A DNA stretch of 64,000 nt, from contig JAWLAT010000004.1 in NCBI GenBank assembly GCA_041395325.1, forward strand, positions 230,684 to 294,683, written 5' to 3'. Below the pieces are notes generated by a model. That model saw only the letters and a list, made by a program, of their open reading frames with translations, did no database searches and was not told the DNA's origin. The stretch is from Lysobacterales bacterium (GTDB lineage: Bacteria > Pseudomonadota > Gammaproteobacteria > Xanthomonadales > SZUA-5). Position numbers and translations under genes: made by a program. Positions within the stretch are counted from its first letter, which is position 1. Each line of letters opens with the position of its first letter. Shown here one piece after another: positions 28,997 to 44,890 of the stretch.

Positions 28997-31557
28997 CTGC
29001 GATTCTCCGAATCGTCGGCCGGCACACCACTCTTCAGGCGTTCGACGATCGCATCCAGTGCGCGATCGAACAGCGGCACGTCTTCGAGAATCATCGCGCG
29101 ACCCTGGCGCAACTCGTGGGCCAGGCCCAGAACGGTCTTGTCGGCGACTTTCAGGCCCTTGCGGTTGACGAACAGATACTTGGCCGAGATCGGGCTGATC
29201 CAAGACAGCTTGGCCCGCTCAACGCGATCGGCCTCGGCACGAAACTCGACCCAGGTGCCGACCTTGATCTCGCGAGCGGCGCGGTAGTGCTCATCTTCGA
29301 TCAGTTCGGGCTCGTCGCTCTCCTCAGTGCCTTCGCGCACCGCTTCGCGAGCAATCTCTTCGACGAAGCTCTCTTCCTGAGGCGGGGCCGGCGGGGGCGG
29401 CGGCGCGGGGGCCACTGCCGGTGCTTCGGCGCGTACGCTGCTGGTGCTGCCGTCGGTGCCAACGGTCTCTGTTTCCGCCACGTCACCGTCGGCTGCCGCT
29501 GGCGCGGCGGCTTCGGTGTCACCGCTGGGCGGCGCGGGTTCCGGTTCGCCAAGCGGCTTGGGCTCGCGCAACATCGTCGATGGGTCGGCCTGCGGGTCCA
29601 GTTGCAGGTCGAAGAAGCTGCGCAGCTCGCCGAGCAGCTGTTCGATGTCGTGCTCGTGGTAGGCCACCATGCTCAGGCCCTGACGCAGCGCCTTCTCGAG
29701 CTCGGGAATCAGCGCTCGCAAGCGCGTACGCTCGGCGTCAGAAGCCTTCGGCGCCGCAGCCCAGACCAGCTCGTCGGCGATGCGCAACGAGGTGCGCCAC
29801 TGATGAGAGTTCTCACCCTGACGCAGGATCGTCAGCACGATGACGTTGGCCCAGGGTCGGGTCAGCAAATTGCGGATGACCTCGGGCAGGGCCTTCTCTT
29901 CGATCCGCTGCAGAATCTCGCGCGCCGCACTCTTGCGGGCAGCGTGCAGCTTTTCCTTGCCCTTGGTGGTCTCTGCCGTGCGCTGTTCGGCGACTTCAGC
30001 GCGCCGTTGCTGGCCACGATTGAACTCGGCGAGGTTGTCCAGCATCCGCTGGAAGAGCCCGACATCGTCGTCGAAATCCTTCAACAGCGATTCGACGATC
30101 TCGCGGATCTTGGCAAAAATGCGCCCGTCGCGATCGGCTTCCTCGCTCCAGCCCAGTCCCAGATTGGCCAACTCGTCCAGCAGTTGCCGAGCAGAGTGAT
30201 CAGGTCGGGCAAACAGCTCCTTGTCAAGGATCGCGGCCTTCAGATAGGGGATCTGCAGGCGCGCCAGCAGAGCCTGCACCTGCGAGGGCAGATTGCGGTC
30301 CTGCAGGATGAACTCGAACAGCATGCCAACGAGGTCAATCGTGTCCTCGTCGGCAGCGGCCATGCGATGGCCTTCGGTGTCCGTACCGAGATGTGCCAGC
30401 TTCTCGGTGATCTCATGCTTGAGTTCAGACAGCGGAATGAATGGACCACTGCCGGCATAGCCGAAGATGCCGCCGCTGGTGGCCGGTGCGCCGACATTCT
30501 GGCTTTGCAGCACCGACAACGCGTTGAGCACATCGGTGGTGGCAAAGGACGGTCCGGCAGGCACGGCCGGGCCATATTGCTGCCGGCGTGAGGCCAGCAG
30601 TCCCCGCAGCGTGTTGAGGATCTCCATCTGCAGGAGCGCTTCGCCACTGTAGCTGCCGCCGGCCATGGGCATGCCAGGCATCGCTGCTGCGCCCATCGCG
30701 GGTCCCGCCATCATTCCACCGTCCATCCCGGCCGGAACGGTCGGCGGGGCGTCGGGATCGATTGCACCCCGCGAGTAGCCGGCCGGCGGGGCCGACGGGT
30801 GCGCGTTCGGGCTGCGGGTGGCGTGCTTCAGGTGCGGCAGGACGCCGGCTTCAATCAGGGTGAGGTTGAGTTCCTCGTACAGCCCCTCCAGTCCGGCAAG
30901 GGTGTGCTTTTCGAACAGCTTGAGAATCAACAGTCGGACGGTGATGTCCGATTCCAGGTCGGCCATGGCGACTCGGAAGGCCTCGCAGACCGCCGCCGGA
31001 CCCACCGGATTGGTACTGTTGTCGATCTTGCTGCCGCCGAAGACCACTGCGAGGCGATTCTCCAGTGCGAACAGCGGTCGCGACAGCTGATTCTCGGCCT
31101 TGCCCACCATGGCGCTGATGGCCAGATCTTCTTCCAGATCATCCTCGGCAACCAGTGACAGCCCGTCGCTGCTGGTCTTGTCGCCTTTGGCGGGCTTCAG
31201 CGAGAAATCGGTCAGTGCTTTTGCCAGACCGTCCTGGAAGTGCTTCTCCATGATCGGCCGCTTGCGCCGGACTTCACGCATGCCATCGAAGAGGGTCGCC
31301 TGCTTGGTGGAGTTCTCGGCCTTCTCGGCCATATCGAACAGCGCATCGTCGACCTTGTCGAACATGCCGGTGAGACCCTGCGCCAAGCGCTTCTGCGCAA
31401 TGCGGCGACAGGTACGCACCAACTCGCCACCGCGCTCGGCAGGCACCGGCGGAGTGTTCGAGCCGCTGCTGCCCGTCCCGGTTGTGCCGCGGCTGTGCAG
31501 GTCCACCACCTTGCCAGGCGGCTCGTTGCCCTGCTGGCTCATGTACGCGTTCCCCAT
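28993..31557 (-). CDS. DUF1631 family protein
   Basis: It is about 850 aa with a Gly/Met/Ala-rich low-complexity stretch and conserved helical blocks ([16 protein letters not shown]) that I associate with DUF1631. Alternative ATG starts lie at 31557 and 31542; the latter has a GGGGAA SD. Confidence 0.5.
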   Translation of the reverse strand: MGNAYMSQQGNEPPGKVVDLHSRGTTGTGSSGSNTPPVPAERGGELVRTCRRIAQKRLAQGLTGMFDKVDDALFDMAEKAENSTKQATLFDGMREVRRKRPIMEKHFQDGLAKALTDFSLKPAKGDKTSSDGLSLVAEDDLEEDLAISAMVGKAENQLSRPLFALENRLAVVFGGSKIDNSTNPVGPAAVCEAFRVAMADLESDITVRLLILKLFEKHTLAGLEGLYEELNLTLIEAGVLPHLKHATRSPNAHPSAPPAGYSRGAIDPDAPPTVPAGMDGGMMAGPAMGAAAMPGMPMAGGSYSGEALLQMEILNTLRGLLASRRQQYGPAVPAGPSFATTDVLNALSVLQSQNVGAPATSGGIFGYAGSGPFIPLSELKHEITEKLAHLGTDTEGHRMAAADEDTIDLVGMLFEFILQDRNLPSQVQALLARLQIPYLKAAILDKELFARPDHSARQLLDELANLGLGWSEEADRDGRIFAKIREIVESLLKDFDDDVGLFQRMLDNLAEFNRGQQRRAEVAEQRTAETTKGKEKLHAARKSAAREILQRIEEKALPEVIRNLLTRPWANVIVLTILRQGENSHQWRTSLRIADELVWAAAPKASDAERTRLRALIPELEKALRQGLSMVAYHEHDIEQLLGELRSFFDLQLDPQADPSTMLREPKPLGEPEPAPPSGDTEAAAPAAADGDVAETETVGTDGSTSSVRAEAPAVAPAPPPPPAPPQEESFVEEIAREAVREGTEESDEPELIEDEHYRAAREIKVGTWVEFRAEADRVERAKLSWISPISAKYLFVNRKGLKVADKTVLGLAHELRQGRAMILEDVPLFDRALDAIVERLKSGVPADDSENRS

Positions 31558-31741
31558 GACGACGATTCCGGGTGGATGACCAGTCGCCGTATATTAGACG
31601 TCACTCTTGCCACTGCGATGCGATCTGCTGCACGGAAACGAGGCAGCGGCGGTGCTATCGCGGCTGTCAAAGTTTGCGACGCGCACGCGCTCACCGCGAG
31701 ACCACTCGCGGAAATGAGCCCCGATGGCAATGGGCGCCGCT

Positions 31742-32011
31742 TCACCGAAACTCCGGAAACTGGCTGCCGGCAATGCCTTCGTCGGCCAGCAGCACCGGAA
31801 TGCCATCGTCAATGCGATAGATGCGCTGCGCATCGACAGTGATCAGGGCTTCCTGCAGATCGTCCACCTGCACGGCCCCGTCGATCCGCCGAACATCCCC
31901 CTGGCGAATCTGTTGATTGAGTCGATCCAGACCCTCGCGATCAACCGGTCGCAGCGCGACGCGGGTGGCTGGGCAGCAGAGGATCTCAAGCAGTCGGCGA
32001 TCAATGGGCAT
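31742..32011 (-). CDS. Trm112 family protein (DUF343)
   Basis: The Trm112 signature is present (MPIDRRLLEILCCPATRVALRP...DDGIPVLLADEGI). The start is the ATG at 32011. Confidence 0.75.
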   Translation of the reverse strand: MPIDRRLLEILCCPATRVALRPVDREGLDRLNQQIRQGDVRRIDGAVQVDDLQEALITVDAQRIYRIDDGIPVLLADEGIAGSQFPEFR

Positions 32012-32072
32012 GGATTGAGCGACTTCAGTGCAACCCCGGCTAAAATAACGTCTTTGACCGGGGGACGCCACG

Positions 32073-32600
32073 TTGACAGACTTGCGTGAGCCTGCTGGGT
32101 GGGGTAACAGCACCGCGCCTCGAGTGGGCGTGGTCATGGGATCCAACTCCGACTGGGAAACGATGCAGGCCGCTGCGGACATGCTGGCGCAGTTCGAAGT
32201 GGCGCACGAGGTGCGCGTGGTTTCTGCGCATCGCACGCCAGACCTGCTGTTCGACTACGCCGGTTCGGCTCGCGAACGCGGTCTGCAACTGATCATTGCC
32301 GGCGCCGGCGGTGCCGCGCACTTGCCCGGCATGCTGGCGGCCAAGACGCCCTTGCCGGTGCTGGGCGTCCCGGTCCGATCGCGCATGCTCGCTGGTGTCG
32401 ATTCGCTGCTGTCGATTGTGCAGATGCCGGCCGGAATTCCCGTCGCCACCTTCGCCATCGGCAGCGCCGGTGCCGCCAATGCGGCGCTGGCCGCGGTGGC
32501 GATTCTGGCCCTGCAGGATGGGGCCCTGGCCGATCGACTGCAGGCGTGGCGACAGGCGCAGACGGATAGGGTGCTGGCGATCGGTGATCCACGGGCATGA
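32073..32600 (+). CDS. purE: N5-carboxyaminoimidazole ribonucleotide mutase
   Basis: PurE motifs are present ([21 protein letters not shown]). The start is uncertain; a TTG lies at 32073. Confidence 0.9.
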   Translation: MTDLREPAGWGNSTAPRVGVVMGSNSDWETMQAAADMLAQFEVAHEVRVVSAHRTPDLLFDYAGSARERGLQLIIAGAGGAAHLPGMLAAKTPLPVLGVPVRSRMLAGVDSLLSIVQMPAGIPVATFAIGSAGAANAALAAVAILALQDGALADRLQAWRQAQTDRVLAIGDPRA

Positions 32601-33733
32601 GTCGTGTCGGTATCGTTGGTGGCGGACAACTCGCCCGCATGCTCGCCCTGGCCGGCCATCCGATCGGCATTGTCTGCGACATCCTGGATCCGGCGGCGAA
32701 ACCGTCGGCACATGCGGTCGTTCGCCATCGTCACGTTGGCGGTTTTGAGGATCGCAATGCGCTCGATCGGCTGGCGGCCGATTGCGAGGTGATCACCTTC
32801 GACTTCGAGAACGTGACCGTCGAGCCTCTGGAGCATCTGGCAAATCGCGTGCCGGTGCGTCCTCCAGCGCGGGCGCTCGCGGTCGCCCAGGATCGCCTGG
32901 ACGAGAAGCGTGCCATCGACGGCTTGGGCATCGAAGTCGCCGGGTTTCGGGATCTGCCGGATGAAGCTGCGCTGCAGCGGGCCTGTGCAGATCTCGGACT
33001 GCCACTGCTGGTGAAGACTCGTCGTTTTGGCTACGACGGCAAGGGGCAATGGCGATTGCACGATCTGGCCGAGGTCGCGGTGGTCTGGCGCGAGCTCAAT
33101 GGTGTGCCGGCCATTGCCGAAGCCTGGGTCCCCTATCGCCGTGAGCTGAGTCTGCTGGCGGTGCGTTCGGCCAGTGGCGAGATCGGCTGCTATCCGCTGG
33201 TCGAGAACTGCCACGATCGCGGTGTGCTGGCTTTCTCACTGGCGCCAGCTCCGGCGACGGCTGCCCTGCAGGCCCAGGCCGAGCGGCTGGCTGGCAAGCT
33301 GCTGGCCGCCTTCGACTATGTCGGCGTCCTGGCGGTCGAGTTGTTCGAGGTCGAGGGCCGGCTGGTAGTCAACGAAATTGCACCACGGGTACACAACAGC
33401 GGCCACTGGAGCATCGAGGGGTCACATTGCAGTCAGTTCGAAAACCACCTGCGAGCGATCTGCGACTGGCCATTGGGCCTGACGGCGGTCCGCGGCTGCA
33501 GCCTGATGGTCAATGTGCTGGGACGATGGCCGGACCGCCGTGAGCTGCTGCGGATACCGGGGCTGCATCTGCACGACTACGGCAAGTCGGAACGGGAAGG
33601 CCGCAAGATTGGCCACCTCACCTTGTGTGCCGACGAGCCGGCAGCGCTGCGTGAGCGTGGGATGAGCATGTTGCAACTGGCCGGCATGGGCCATTTGCGC
33701 TCGAAACTTGACGAGGCCCTGCGCGGTTATTGA
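32597..33733 (+). CDS. purK: N5-carboxyaminoimidazole ribonucleotide synthase
   Basis: It is an ATP-grasp protein resembling PurK ([11 protein letters not shown]) and overlaps purE by ATGA. Confidence 0.9.
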   Translation: MSRVGIVGGGQLARMLALAGHPIGIVCDILDPAAKPSAHAVVRHRHVGGFEDRNALDRLAADCEVITFDFENVTVEPLEHLANRVPVRPPARALAVAQDRLDEKRAIDGLGIEVAGFRDLPDEAALQRACADLGLPLLVKTRRFGYDGKGQWRLHDLAEVAVVWRELNGVPAIAEAWVPYRRELSLLAVRSASGEIGCYPLVENCHDRGVLAFSLAPAPATAALQAQAERLAGKLLAAFDYVGVLAVELFEVEGRLVVNEIAPRVHNSGHWSIEGSHCSQFENHLRAICDWPLGLTAVRGCSLMVNVLGRWPDRRELLRIPGLHLHDYGKSEREGRKIGHLTLCADEPAALRERGMSMLQLAGMGHLRSKLDEALRGY

Positions 33734-33739
33734 GGCCAG

Positions 33740-33764
33740 TTCAGGGCGGCGCCGCCGCCCTGAA
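33740..33764. terminator. bidirectional hairpin between purK and sodB
   Basis: It is a perfect 12-bp palindrome, TTCAGGGCGGCG/CGCCGCCCTGAA. No strong T-tract follows. Confidence 0.5.
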
Positions 33765-33780
33765 CGGATTCAGCAATCGA

Positions 33781-34359
33781 TCAGCGCAGCTGACTGGCGG
33801 CGAAGTCCCAGTTCACCAGCTGCCAGAAGGCTTCAACGTACTTGGGCCGCGCGTTGCGATAATCCACGTAGTAGGCGTGTTCCCACACATCGCAAGTCAG
33901 CAGCGGCGTGTCCTCGCCCGTCAACGGCGTGCCGGCATTGGAGGTGCTGGCCAGCGCCAGCGAGCCGTCCGGCTTCTGCACCAGCCAGCCCCAGCCGGAG
34001 CCGAAAGTACCGATGGCGTTCTTGCTGAAGGCGTCGCGGAAGGCATCGATGCTGCCGAAGGCCTTGACGATCAGATCGGCCAGCTTGCCGCTGGGGTCAC
34101 CGCCGCCGTTGGGACTCAGGCAGTGCCAGTAGAAGGTGTGATTCCACACCTGGGCCGCGTTGTTGAACAAGCCGCCGCTGGACGAGCGGATGATCGCTTC
34201 GAGCGACTGGCTCTCGTGTTCGGTGCCGGCGATCAGGTTGTTCAGATTGGTCACATAGGCCTGATGGTGTTTGCCGTAGTGATAATCGAGCGTCTCGGCG
34301 GAAATGTGCGGTGCCAGGGCATCGCGGGCGTAGGGCAATGGGGGCAGTTCGAAGGCCAT
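33781..34359 (-). CDS. sodB: Fe/Mn superoxide dismutase
   Basis: It has the N-terminus [10 protein letters not shown] and the metal ligand motif DVWEHAYY. Confidence 0.9.
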   Translation of the reverse strand: MAFELPPLPYARDALAPHISAETLDYHYGKHHQAYVTNLNNLIAGTEHESQSLEAIIRSSSGGLFNNAAQVWNHTFYWHCLSPNGGGDPSGKLADLIVKAFGSIDAFRDAFSKNAIGTFGSGWGWLVQKPDGSLALASTSNAGTPLTGEDTPLLTCDVWEHAYYVDYRNARPKYVEAFWQLVNWDFAASQLR

Positions 34360-34441
34360 GACAGCGTTCTCCGGCGGTGGGGAAGACCGCAGATCTTAGC
34401 GTGTCGATGTGCAGCAGGTGTTGACGCGCGGACCAGCAGCT

Positions 34442-35164
34442 TCAGACCGCCGTCGGGTCGGATCCAATGGGGTCGACGTTGGCAGGCTCACCCAAGCATT
34501 GGCGGACGAAGGGCAGGCTGAGCCGGCGCTGGGCGGCCAGCGCGGTCTCGTCGAGGCGATCCAGGGCCTGCATCAGGCTGCGGAAATCACGACGCTGATG
34601 GCGTAGCAGCCAACGTACGGCTGCCGCGTCCGGATCCAGTCCACGCAGTCGGGCACGCATCGTCCAGGCCTGTTCCAGTTCGGCCTCGTCCAGAGGCTGC
34701 AGTGCCAGCGCAGTTGCCCCCAGTACCCGAGAGGCCAGATCGGGCAGGCTGAAGGCGGTGGCCAGGGGGCGTGAGCAGGCCGACATCAGCACGCTGCCGG
34801 CCTGGTCGCGTTGCCGGTTGAAGCGGTCGAACAGCGCGATCTCGAACTCGCGTGCGCCCAGATGGGCGTCGATATCGTCCAGACACAGCAGGCGCTCGTC
34901 ACCGCCCACACCCAGCAGTCCAACCGCCTGCGCGAGCGGGCGGCGCAAGCCCAGGTAGCGTGCGCCCGCAGACGCCGACTGGGCGGCCAGCAAAAGATGC
35001 GTCTTGCCGGCCGCGGCTGGGCCGTGCAACAGCACCGCCTGCTGCTCCTGGGCCAGGATCTGTCGCAGCTGAGTCAGCGTCGCGGCATTGCTGTCGCCGG
35101 CGTGGAAGTCCTCGTAGTGACCGCCATCACGCCAGCCCAGCGGCAATCCGAGCTGCGGACTCAA
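34442..35164 (-). CDS. hda: DnaA regulatory inactivator Hda
   Basis: It has a DnaA-like AAA+ domain with the Walker A GPAAAGKTHLL, and its size matches Hda (about 240 aa). Confidence 0.8.
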   Translation of the reverse strand: MSPQLGLPLGWRDGGHYEDFHAGDSNAATLTQLRQILAQEQQAVLLHGPAAAGKTHLLLAAQSASAGARYLGLRRPLAQAVGLLGVGGDERLLCLDDIDAHLGAREFEIALFDRFNRQRDQAGSVLMSACSRPLATAFSLPDLASRVLGATALALQPLDEAELEQAWTMRARLRGLDPDAAAVRWLLRHQRRDFRSLMQALDRLDETALAAQRRLSLPFVRQCLGEPANVDPIGSDPTAV

Positions 35165-36336
35165 GGTTCGCCGGGGTCGGTCGACGGCGTCGCCGGGCTG
35201 TCGGGCTCGCCAGCGGTGATGGCCGCCGGATGGTGGATCACGCTGGCGTCGTCGCCCACCGCAGCCATGGCAGCGCCTTCTTCCTGTCCGTACAGGTCGC
35301 TGCGCAGATAGCGTTCATGCAGATAGCGCAATCCGACCATGCCGACTGCGGCGACGGGGAGACCCAGCAGTACACCGAAGAAACCGAACAGCTGGCCACC
35401 CGCCATGATGGCGAAGATCACCGCCACCGGATGCAGGCCGATGCGGTCGCCAACCAGCCAGGGCGTCAGCACAAAGCCCTCGAGGACTTGCGCCAGGCCG
35501 AACACGCCAAGCACCAAAGCGACATGCAAGAGGTCCTGGTGCTGCACGACGGCAGCAATCAGGCCGGCGGCCAGTCCGGTGATCGTGCCCAGATAAGGGA
35601 TGAAGCTGACCAGACCGGCGCCCAGGCCAATCAGCAGCGCGTAATCGATGCCGACCGCCCACAGCCCGACCGTGTAGACGGTGGCGAGTGCCGCCATGAC
35701 CAGCAACTGGCCGCGCAGGAAGGCGCCCAGCACCTGATCGGACTGATGCGCCAATCGACCCACCGTCGGCGCAATGGCCCGTGGCAGCAACTCGTTGACC
35801 CGCGCCACCAGCGTGTCCCAGTCGCGCAGGAAATAGAAGGTCAGTACCGGAATCAGGGCGAAGTTGACCAGCCAGCCGATCAACGCCAGCCCGCTCTTGC
35901 TGACCGAGGCCACCGCCGTGGCGGCGAAGCCACCGGCGGTTTGCCAGTGTTCGCGCAGCACCGTGATCAGCCCGCTGACATCCAGCAGCCCTTCAGCCTC
36001 GATGCCGAAGCGCTCACTCAACCAGGGCTCGACGTTGCTGCGTAGCCAGCTGACATAGCCCGGCAGATTGCGAATCAGCTGGCTGATCTGAGCCTCCAGC
36101 ATCGGCACCAGCAGCAGCAGGATCAGGACCATCACCAGCGACATGGCGACAAAGACCATCACCACCGAGGTGGTGCGGCTGAAGCCGCGCCGTTGCAGCT
36201 GGTCGGCCAGCGGATCACCGAGATAGCCGAGCAGGGCGGCCACGGCGAAGGGCGTGAGCACGGGCGAGAGCAAATAGAGGACGGCCCCGGTCAGGACCAC
36301 CAGGCCCAGCAGTTGCAAGCGCAAACGATCGGTCAT
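35161..36336 (-). CDS. AI-2E family transporter (PerM-like)
   Basis: It is an 8-TM protein with the AI-2E family pattern and overlaps the hda start. Confidence 0.8.
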   Translation of the reverse strand: MTDRLRLQLLGLVVLTGAVLYLLSPVLTPFAVAALLGYLGDPLADQLQRRGFSRTTSVVMVFVAMSLVMVLILLLLVPMLEAQISQLIRNLPGYVSWLRSNVEPWLSERFGIEAEGLLDVSGLITVLREHWQTAGGFAATAVASVSKSGLALIGWLVNFALIPVLTFYFLRDWDTLVARVNELLPRAIAPTVGRLAHQSDQVLGAFLRGQLLVMAALATVYTVGLWAVGIDYALLIGLGAGLVSFIPYLGTITGLAAGLIAAVVQHQDLLHVALVLGVFGLAQVLEGFVLTPWLVGDRIGLHPVAVIFAIMAGGQLFGFFGVLLGLPVAAVGMVGLRYLHERYLRSDLYGQEEGAAMAAVGDDASVIHHPAAITAGEPDSPATPSTDPGEP

Positions 36337-36884
36337 GGTCGAGAACGGCGCAGATGAATGGCCTTGCGAGTGTAACCAATCACATAGCCCAGCCCGCTAC
36401 CGATCAGTGCCGTGACCGTCAGCAGCAACAACGGCTGCAGCCAGTGGGCGCTGATGTAGCCCGCCCCCTGCAGCATCAGCGCCAGCAGCAGCAGGGCCTG
36501 CAAGGCGGTGGCGCCTTTGCTGAGCAGGCTCGGTTCTGCGCGGAAGGGCTCAAACCAGCGGTGATAAATGGCCGCGCCGGTGACAATCACCAGGTCCCGT
36601 CCGAGCATCAGCAGCAACAGCCAGCCCGGCAACAACTCCAGACGATAGAGCAGGATGCCGCTGGCCAGCATCAACAGCTTGTCGGCCAAGGGATCGAGCA
36701 CACCACCGATGGCACTTTGCCAGCCAAAACGGCGGGCCAGATAGCCGTCCAGCGCATCAGTCAGGGCTGCGGCGACAAACAACGCCGCTGCAGGCAGAAA
36801 GCGGCCCTGCTGCAGGCACCAGGCCAAGGGCAGCACGGCCAGAATTCGAGCCAGGCTCAGCGCATTGGGCAGTTGCTGCCACAT
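36333..36884 (-). CDS. CDP-alcohol phosphatidyltransferase family protein
   Basis: The motif DALDGYLARRFGWQSAIGGVLDPLADK is present. The start is the ATG at 36884. Confidence 0.75.
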   Translation of the reverse strand: MWQQLPNALSLARILAVLPLAWCLQQGRFLPAAALFVAAALTDALDGYLARRFGWQSAIGGVLDPLADKLLMLASGILLYRLELLPGWLLLLMLGRDLVIVTGAAIYHRWFEPFRAEPSLLSKGATALQALLLLALMLQGAGYISAHWLQPLLLLTVTALIGSGLGYVIGYTRKAIHLRRSRP

Positions 36885-36909
36885 GCCGGCATGCTGGCGA
36901 AACAAGGCA

Positions 36910-37551
36910 TCAGAGCAGTTCGAGCAGAACCAGATCGGGGTCGCTGCCGGTGCCGAGAGGGCGGAAGACGCCACCTTCGTCGACGCTGGTCAGCAAGGCA
37001 CCGCTGCCGCCGGCGACGGTAGCGCGCAACAGCAAACGGTCTGGCGCGGCTTCAGTCACTTCCAGCTGACGAACGATGGGCAGTGAGCGCAAGGCCGACA
37101 GACAGCGCGCGAAGTCGCCGCCGCTGCGCAAGGGTGACACCTCGATGCGCAGAGACTGTGGTGCACCATCACTGGCGACCACGTCCAGGCCACCGTCGCG
37201 GAGCAGCGATTGGATCGTGCGGCGGTCGAAGCTGGCCCGCAGATACAGCAGGCGAGTCGGTACGCCGGCCTGCAACACGGTCTCGGAGCGGAAAGTGAAG
37301 GTCTGCACATAGTCGCGCGGCGCGGCAATGGCGGCCTGGGCTGCCGAGTGACTGGCTGCGTCGGCCGATCCACCGGTGCGGACCAGGATCTCCGAGAGAA
37401 TGCGGCCCAGCCCCTCGGTCACCACGCCGTCTTCCTGCGAGGACACGGCGACTTCGCCTTCGAGCACGCCTTGCGCCGAAGCGGGCTGGGTCATGCCGAA
37501 CACGCTGGCGAGCAACAGCAGGTTGCATTGGACGAATCGACGGATGGGCAT
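36910..37551 (-). CDS. DUF2066 domain secreted protein
   Basis: It has the signal peptide [26 protein letters not shown] and is unknown-function, DUF2066-like. The start is the ATG at 37551. Confidence 0.55.
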   Translation of the reverse strand: MPIRRFVQCNLLLLASVFGMTQPASAQGVLEGEVAVSSQEDGVVTEGLGRILSEILVRTGGSADAASHSAAQAAIAAPRDYVQTFTFRSETVLQAGVPTRLLYLRASFDRRTIQSLLRDGGLDVVASDGAPQSLRIEVSPLRSGGDFARCLSALRSLPIVRQLEVTEAAPDRLLLRATVAGGSGALLTSVDEGGVFRPLGTGSDPDLVLLELL

Positions 37552-37645
37552 GAGGGCTCCGCAGTGGGCAGGGATCGTGATGACGCACTGCCCATGGCAG
37601 CGCACGAGCATCTATTATCGCGGCCTTTCGCATTTGGTGCAGCGC

Positions 37646-38701
37646 GTGAGCAACAGTTCCTCTTCCACCGGCCCGGGTCTGACCTATCGCGATGCCGGTG
37701 TGGATATCGATGCGGGTGCAGATCTGGTCGAGCGGATCAAACCGGCCGTGGCGCGGACCCGCCGCCCGGAGGTGATGGGCGGACTGGGTGGTTTCGGTGC
37801 GCTGTTCCGCGTGCCCATGGAGCGCTATCGGCAGCCCGTCCTGGTGTCGGGTACCGATGGGGTCGGCACCAAGCTCAAGCTGGCCCAGCAATGGAACCGG
37901 CACGGGGGCATCGGCATCGATCTGGTGGCGATGTGTGTCAATGATGTGCTCGTCCAGGGCGCTGAGCCATTGTTTTTTCTCGACTATTTCGCCTGTGGCA
38001 AGCTCGATGTGGGCACCGCGGCGACGGTGGTCGAGGGCATTGCCGAAGGTTGTCATCGTGCTGGCTGTGCCCTGATCGGTGGCGAGACGGCCGAGATGCC
38101 GGACATGTACGCGGCCGGTGACTACGACCTGGCGGGCTTTTGCGTTGGCGTGGTCGAGCAGGACCGGATCATCGACGGCAGCGCCTTGCGGCCGGGTCAT
38201 CAATTGCTGGGGTTGAGTTCCAGCGGCCCGCACTCGAATGGCTATTCGCTGATTCGCAAGGTCCTGCAACGGGTCGAAAACTCGACCGGGATTGAACTCG
38301 GAGAGCGCAGTCTGCACGACGCGCTGATCGAACCGACCCGGATCTATGTGCGCAGCATCCAGGCGCTGCTGGCTGAAGTGCCGGTGGCGGCGATGGCCCA
38401 CATCACCGGCGGTGGTCTGACCGAGAACATCGTTCGCGTCGTGCCGGAAGGGCTCGCATTGCGGCTGCACGGCGACAGTTGGCCCCGACCGGCCGTGTTC
38501 GACTGGCTGGCCCGCACGGGTGGTATTGCCGAAGCAGAGCTGCGACGGACCTTCAACATGGGCATCGGCTATGTCGTGCTGGTGGCGCCCGAGCAGGTGC
38601 AGGCGGCAACTGCGCTGCTGCAGGGTGCCGGAGAAACCGTGTACCGCATCGGCGAGGTGATTGAGCAGACCGACGGCAGCGATCGCGTGCAGTGGGCCTG
38701 A
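37646..38701 (+). CDS. purM: phosphoribosylformylglycinamidine cyclo-ligase
   Basis: PurM motifs are present ([18 protein letters not shown]). The GTG start is at 37646. Confidence 0.9.
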   Translation: MSNSSSSTGPGLTYRDAGVDIDAGADLVERIKPAVARTRRPEVMGGLGGFGALFRVPMERYRQPVLVSGTDGVGTKLKLAQQWNRHGGIGIDLVAMCVNDVLVQGAEPLFFLDYFACGKLDVGTAATVVEGIAEGCHRAGCALIGGETAEMPDMYAAGDYDLAGFCVGVVEQDRIIDGSALRPGHQLLGLSSSGPHSNGYSLIRKVLQRVENSTGIELGERSLHDALIEPTRIYVRSIQALLAEVPVAAMAHITGGGLTENIVRVVPEGLALRLHGDSWPRPAVFDWLARTGGIAEAELRRTFNMGIGYVVLVAPEQVQAATALLQGAGETVYRIGEVIEQTDGSDRVQWA

Positions 38702-39336
38702 AGCCCAGGCGCATCGCGGTACTCCTGTCCGGGCGCGGCAGCAATCTGCGCGCCCTGCATGAGGCCATCGCCCAGGGTCGGTTGAAGGCCGATCTGGTCG
38801 CCGTCGGCAGCGACCAGCCGCAGGCGGCTGGCGTCGCCTGGGCCCGCGAACAAGGGCTGCCAGTGCATGTGTGCCCGCGAACGGCCTTCGCTGATCGCGC
38901 CACTTTCGAGTCGGCCTTGCTGACACCGATCTCGGCGGCGCAGCCGGATTGGCTGATCCTGGCCGGATTCATGCGGGTGCTATCGGCCCAAACCGTCGCC
39001 CAGTGGCAGGGCCGCATGCTCAATCTGCACCCGTCCCTGCTGCCGCGGCATCCGGGCCTGGATACTCACCGCAAGGCGCTGTCCGCCGGAGACGCCGAGC
39101 ATGGCGCCAGCGTGCATTTTGTTTCCGAGGTGCTCGATGGCGGGCCGGTCATCGCCCAGGTGGCTTTTCCGCTGGATCCGACGGCGACCCCGGAATCACT
39201 GGCGGCCGGTCTGCAGCCGCTGGAGCACCGGCTGCTGACCGAGGTTGTCGGTTGGGCGGTTGCGGGTCGACTGAGCTTGCGCGAAGGCCGCGTGCAACTG
39301 GATGACCAGACCCTGCAGGCACCCAGGCGACTCTGA
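38692..39336 (+). CDS. purN: phosphoribosylglycinamide formyltransferase
   Basis: PurN motifs are present ([20 protein letters not shown]). It overlaps the purM stop. Confidence 0.9.
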   Translation: MGLKPRRIAVLLSGRGSNLRALHEAIAQGRLKADLVAVGSDQPQAAGVAWAREQGLPVHVCPRTAFADRATFESALLTPISAAQPDWLILAGFMRVLSAQTVAQWQGRMLNLHPSLLPRHPGLDTHRKALSAGDAEHGASVHFVSEVLDGGPVIAQVAFPLDPTATPESLAAGLQPLEHRLLTEVVGWAVAGRLSLREGRVQLDDQTLQAPRRL

Positions 39337-39358
39337 CGGATCACCGCACCAGGGATCG

Positions 39359-39733
39359 CTAGACCTGCTCCAGCAGCAAGCGAATCTGTTCCAGCAACTG
39401 CTGCGGCCGAAAGGGCTTGTGCAGCAATGCGGTGGGGCCCCCTTCCTCGGAAATGCTCACCCGCCGCGGCGAAAAGCCACTGACAAAGAGGATTGGCAGT
39501 TGCGGTCGTCGCTGGCGCAGGGCGTCGGCCAGTTCATGGCCATCCATCACCGGCATCAGAATGTCGAGCAGCGCCAACGCGGGCTCACAGTCACCCCGAT
39601 CCAGCGCCGCCAGCGCCGAATCGCCGTCGGCATGGCAATGCGGTTGCAGGCCAGCCTCACTGACCAGTACCTCGACCAGATCCAGAATGTCCGGGTCGTC
39701 GTCGACGACCAGAATGGCAGCTTGAGAACGCAA
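39359..39733 (-). CDS. single-domain response regulator (CheY-like receiver)
   Basis: It has the conserved receiver residues (DDD...D...K; ILVVDDDPDILD, LLDILMPVMDG). Confidence 0.8.
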   Translation of the reverse strand: MRSQAAILVVDDDPDILDLVEVLVSEAGLQPHCHADGDSALAALDRGDCEPALALLDILMPVMDGHELADALRQRRPQLPILFVSGFSPRRVSISEEGGPTALLHKPFRPQQLLEQIRLLLEQV

Positions 39734-39838
39734 AAAGTGGCACCGTCATCGATGGCACCCCAGTATACGAATCGCGGTTGGGCATCGCTTCAGTCGCAAA
39801 GGCGTCTACTGCGACGCAGGCCTCGACTATGGACCTTG

Positions 39839-40546
39839 ATGAACTCGCGAACTGCTGCCTTGAGCGTGTGGCTGGCCAGTCTGACGCTGCTGCCTGCAGG
39901 ACCGGCCCGCTCGGAATCCATGCCCGAACCGGTTGGCTTTGATCTGCACTACCAGGTGTTTCGCAATGACAAGCTGCAAGGCAAGGCGCAGCTCAGCCTG
40001 CAACCTGACGGAGCGGGTACCTGGCTGCTGACCATGCAGGTCAAGGCCGATCGCGGCCTTGCCAGTTTTGTGGGCTATGAGGAGACCGAACGCAGTCGTC
40101 TGGCCTTCCAGGACAACGGCCAGTGGCGAGTGCTGGGCTATCGGCGCGATCGCGCCGTCGGTTGGCGCAAGCGCCATGAGCAGGTCGACTTCGATTGGTC
40201 GCAGGGCAGGGTGCGTGCCGATGTGGACGGTGAGCATTTCGATCTGGCGGTCGAGTCCGGTCTGGCTGACCCCAACAGCGTCCTGCTGCGACTGGCCGCT
40301 GACCTCCATCAAGGTCTGCAGCCGGGTCAGTACCCCGTGTTGCGGCGCGGCAAGGTGGACCAATGGCAGTTCCGGCAGACTGGCCGGGAGACGCTGGGTG
40401 ACCGGGAGGTCGTGGTGGTGGAGCGAGTGCGCGACCACGGCCGTCGCACCACCACCAGTTGGCTGGCGCCGTCGCTCGGCTACATGCCCGCGCGTATCCA
40501 GCAGGTCGAAGAGGATGAGACGCTGCGTCTGGAACTGATACCGTGA
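39839..40546 (+). CDS. DUF3108 domain protein (secreted)
   Basis: It has the signal peptide MNSRTAALSVWLASLTLLPAGPA and is DUF3108-like. It is divergent from the response regulator. Confidence 0.55.
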   Translation: MNSRTAALSVWLASLTLLPAGPARSESMPEPVGFDLHYQVFRNDKLQGKAQLSLQPDGAGTWLLTMQVKADRGLASFVGYEETERSRLAFQDNGQWRVLGYRRDRAVGWRKRHEQVDFDWSQGRVRADVDGEHFDLAVESGLADPNSVLLRLAADLHQGLQPGQYPVLRRGKVDQWQFRQTGRETLGDREVVVVERVRDHGRRTTTSWLAPSLGYMPARIQQVEEDETLRLELIP

Positions 40547-42216
<1,670 letters not shown>

Positions 42217-42266
42217 AAGCGAGCGGGCCGTGCCCCATGTTGGGGTCGCCTCTGCAGATCACACCC

Positions 42267-42449
42267 ATGTCCAAGACTCCCTGGTATCGCCGTCTCCTGG
42301 TTATTGTCGTGACCGCTGCCCTGGTGCCGGCGGTGCTGGTTGGTGGCGGCTGGCTGGCGACCCATCCTCCGTCGGGTGAGGTATTGCGGCCCGTGTTGCT
42401 GGTGGCTGGCGTCGCCGGAATGGCGCTCGGCGTGCGTCGCTCTCGCTAG
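42267..42449 (+). CDS. small two-TM membrane protein (hypothetical)
   Basis: It reads MSKTPWYRRLLVIVVTAALVPAVLVGGGWL... (60 aa). It is supported only by hydrophobicity and GC3 bias. Confidence 0.3.
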   Translation: MSKTPWYRRLLVIVVTAALVPAVLVGGGWLATHPPSGEVLRPVLLVAGVAGMALGVRRSR

Positions 42450-42771
42450 CCTCGGCGAGTACCGCCAACGCCCGGCGCAAAGCCTCACCGGATGCCGATT
42501 GACGGCATTCGGAGAACATGGTCGCTGGTCGATATTGACGACTGACCCTCGGTTGCCCGGCAGCGGCCTACGTCGTTGCCTGCGATCCGACTGACCCCGC
42601 CGCAACCTGCCCTGTCAGTGCACCGACGGCCGTGCCGGGCACGGATGTCGCCCTTGCGAGGCTCCCGCTGGGCCCATGCCCACTCCTCGGCTATACTCGC
42701 GCGCCTCGCGCCACTCGGGAGGGAGTGGCGTACTCGCTCTACTTCGTTCACCTCGCTTGGGGGTTAGTCTG

Positions 42772-44832
<2,061 letters not shown>

Positions 44833-44890
44833 TCCGCTTCAAGCCCTGCCAAAGCGGACCGCAGAGTCCGCGACAGTAGAAAAGCACAGA

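Noticed and set aside
32073-32099. purE starting at the TTG at 32073 with certainty
   Set aside because: The conserved PurE core begins at [11 protein letters not shown]. The upstream 15 residues are not conserved and the start codon choice is ambiguous, so I kept the track start but flagged the uncertainty.
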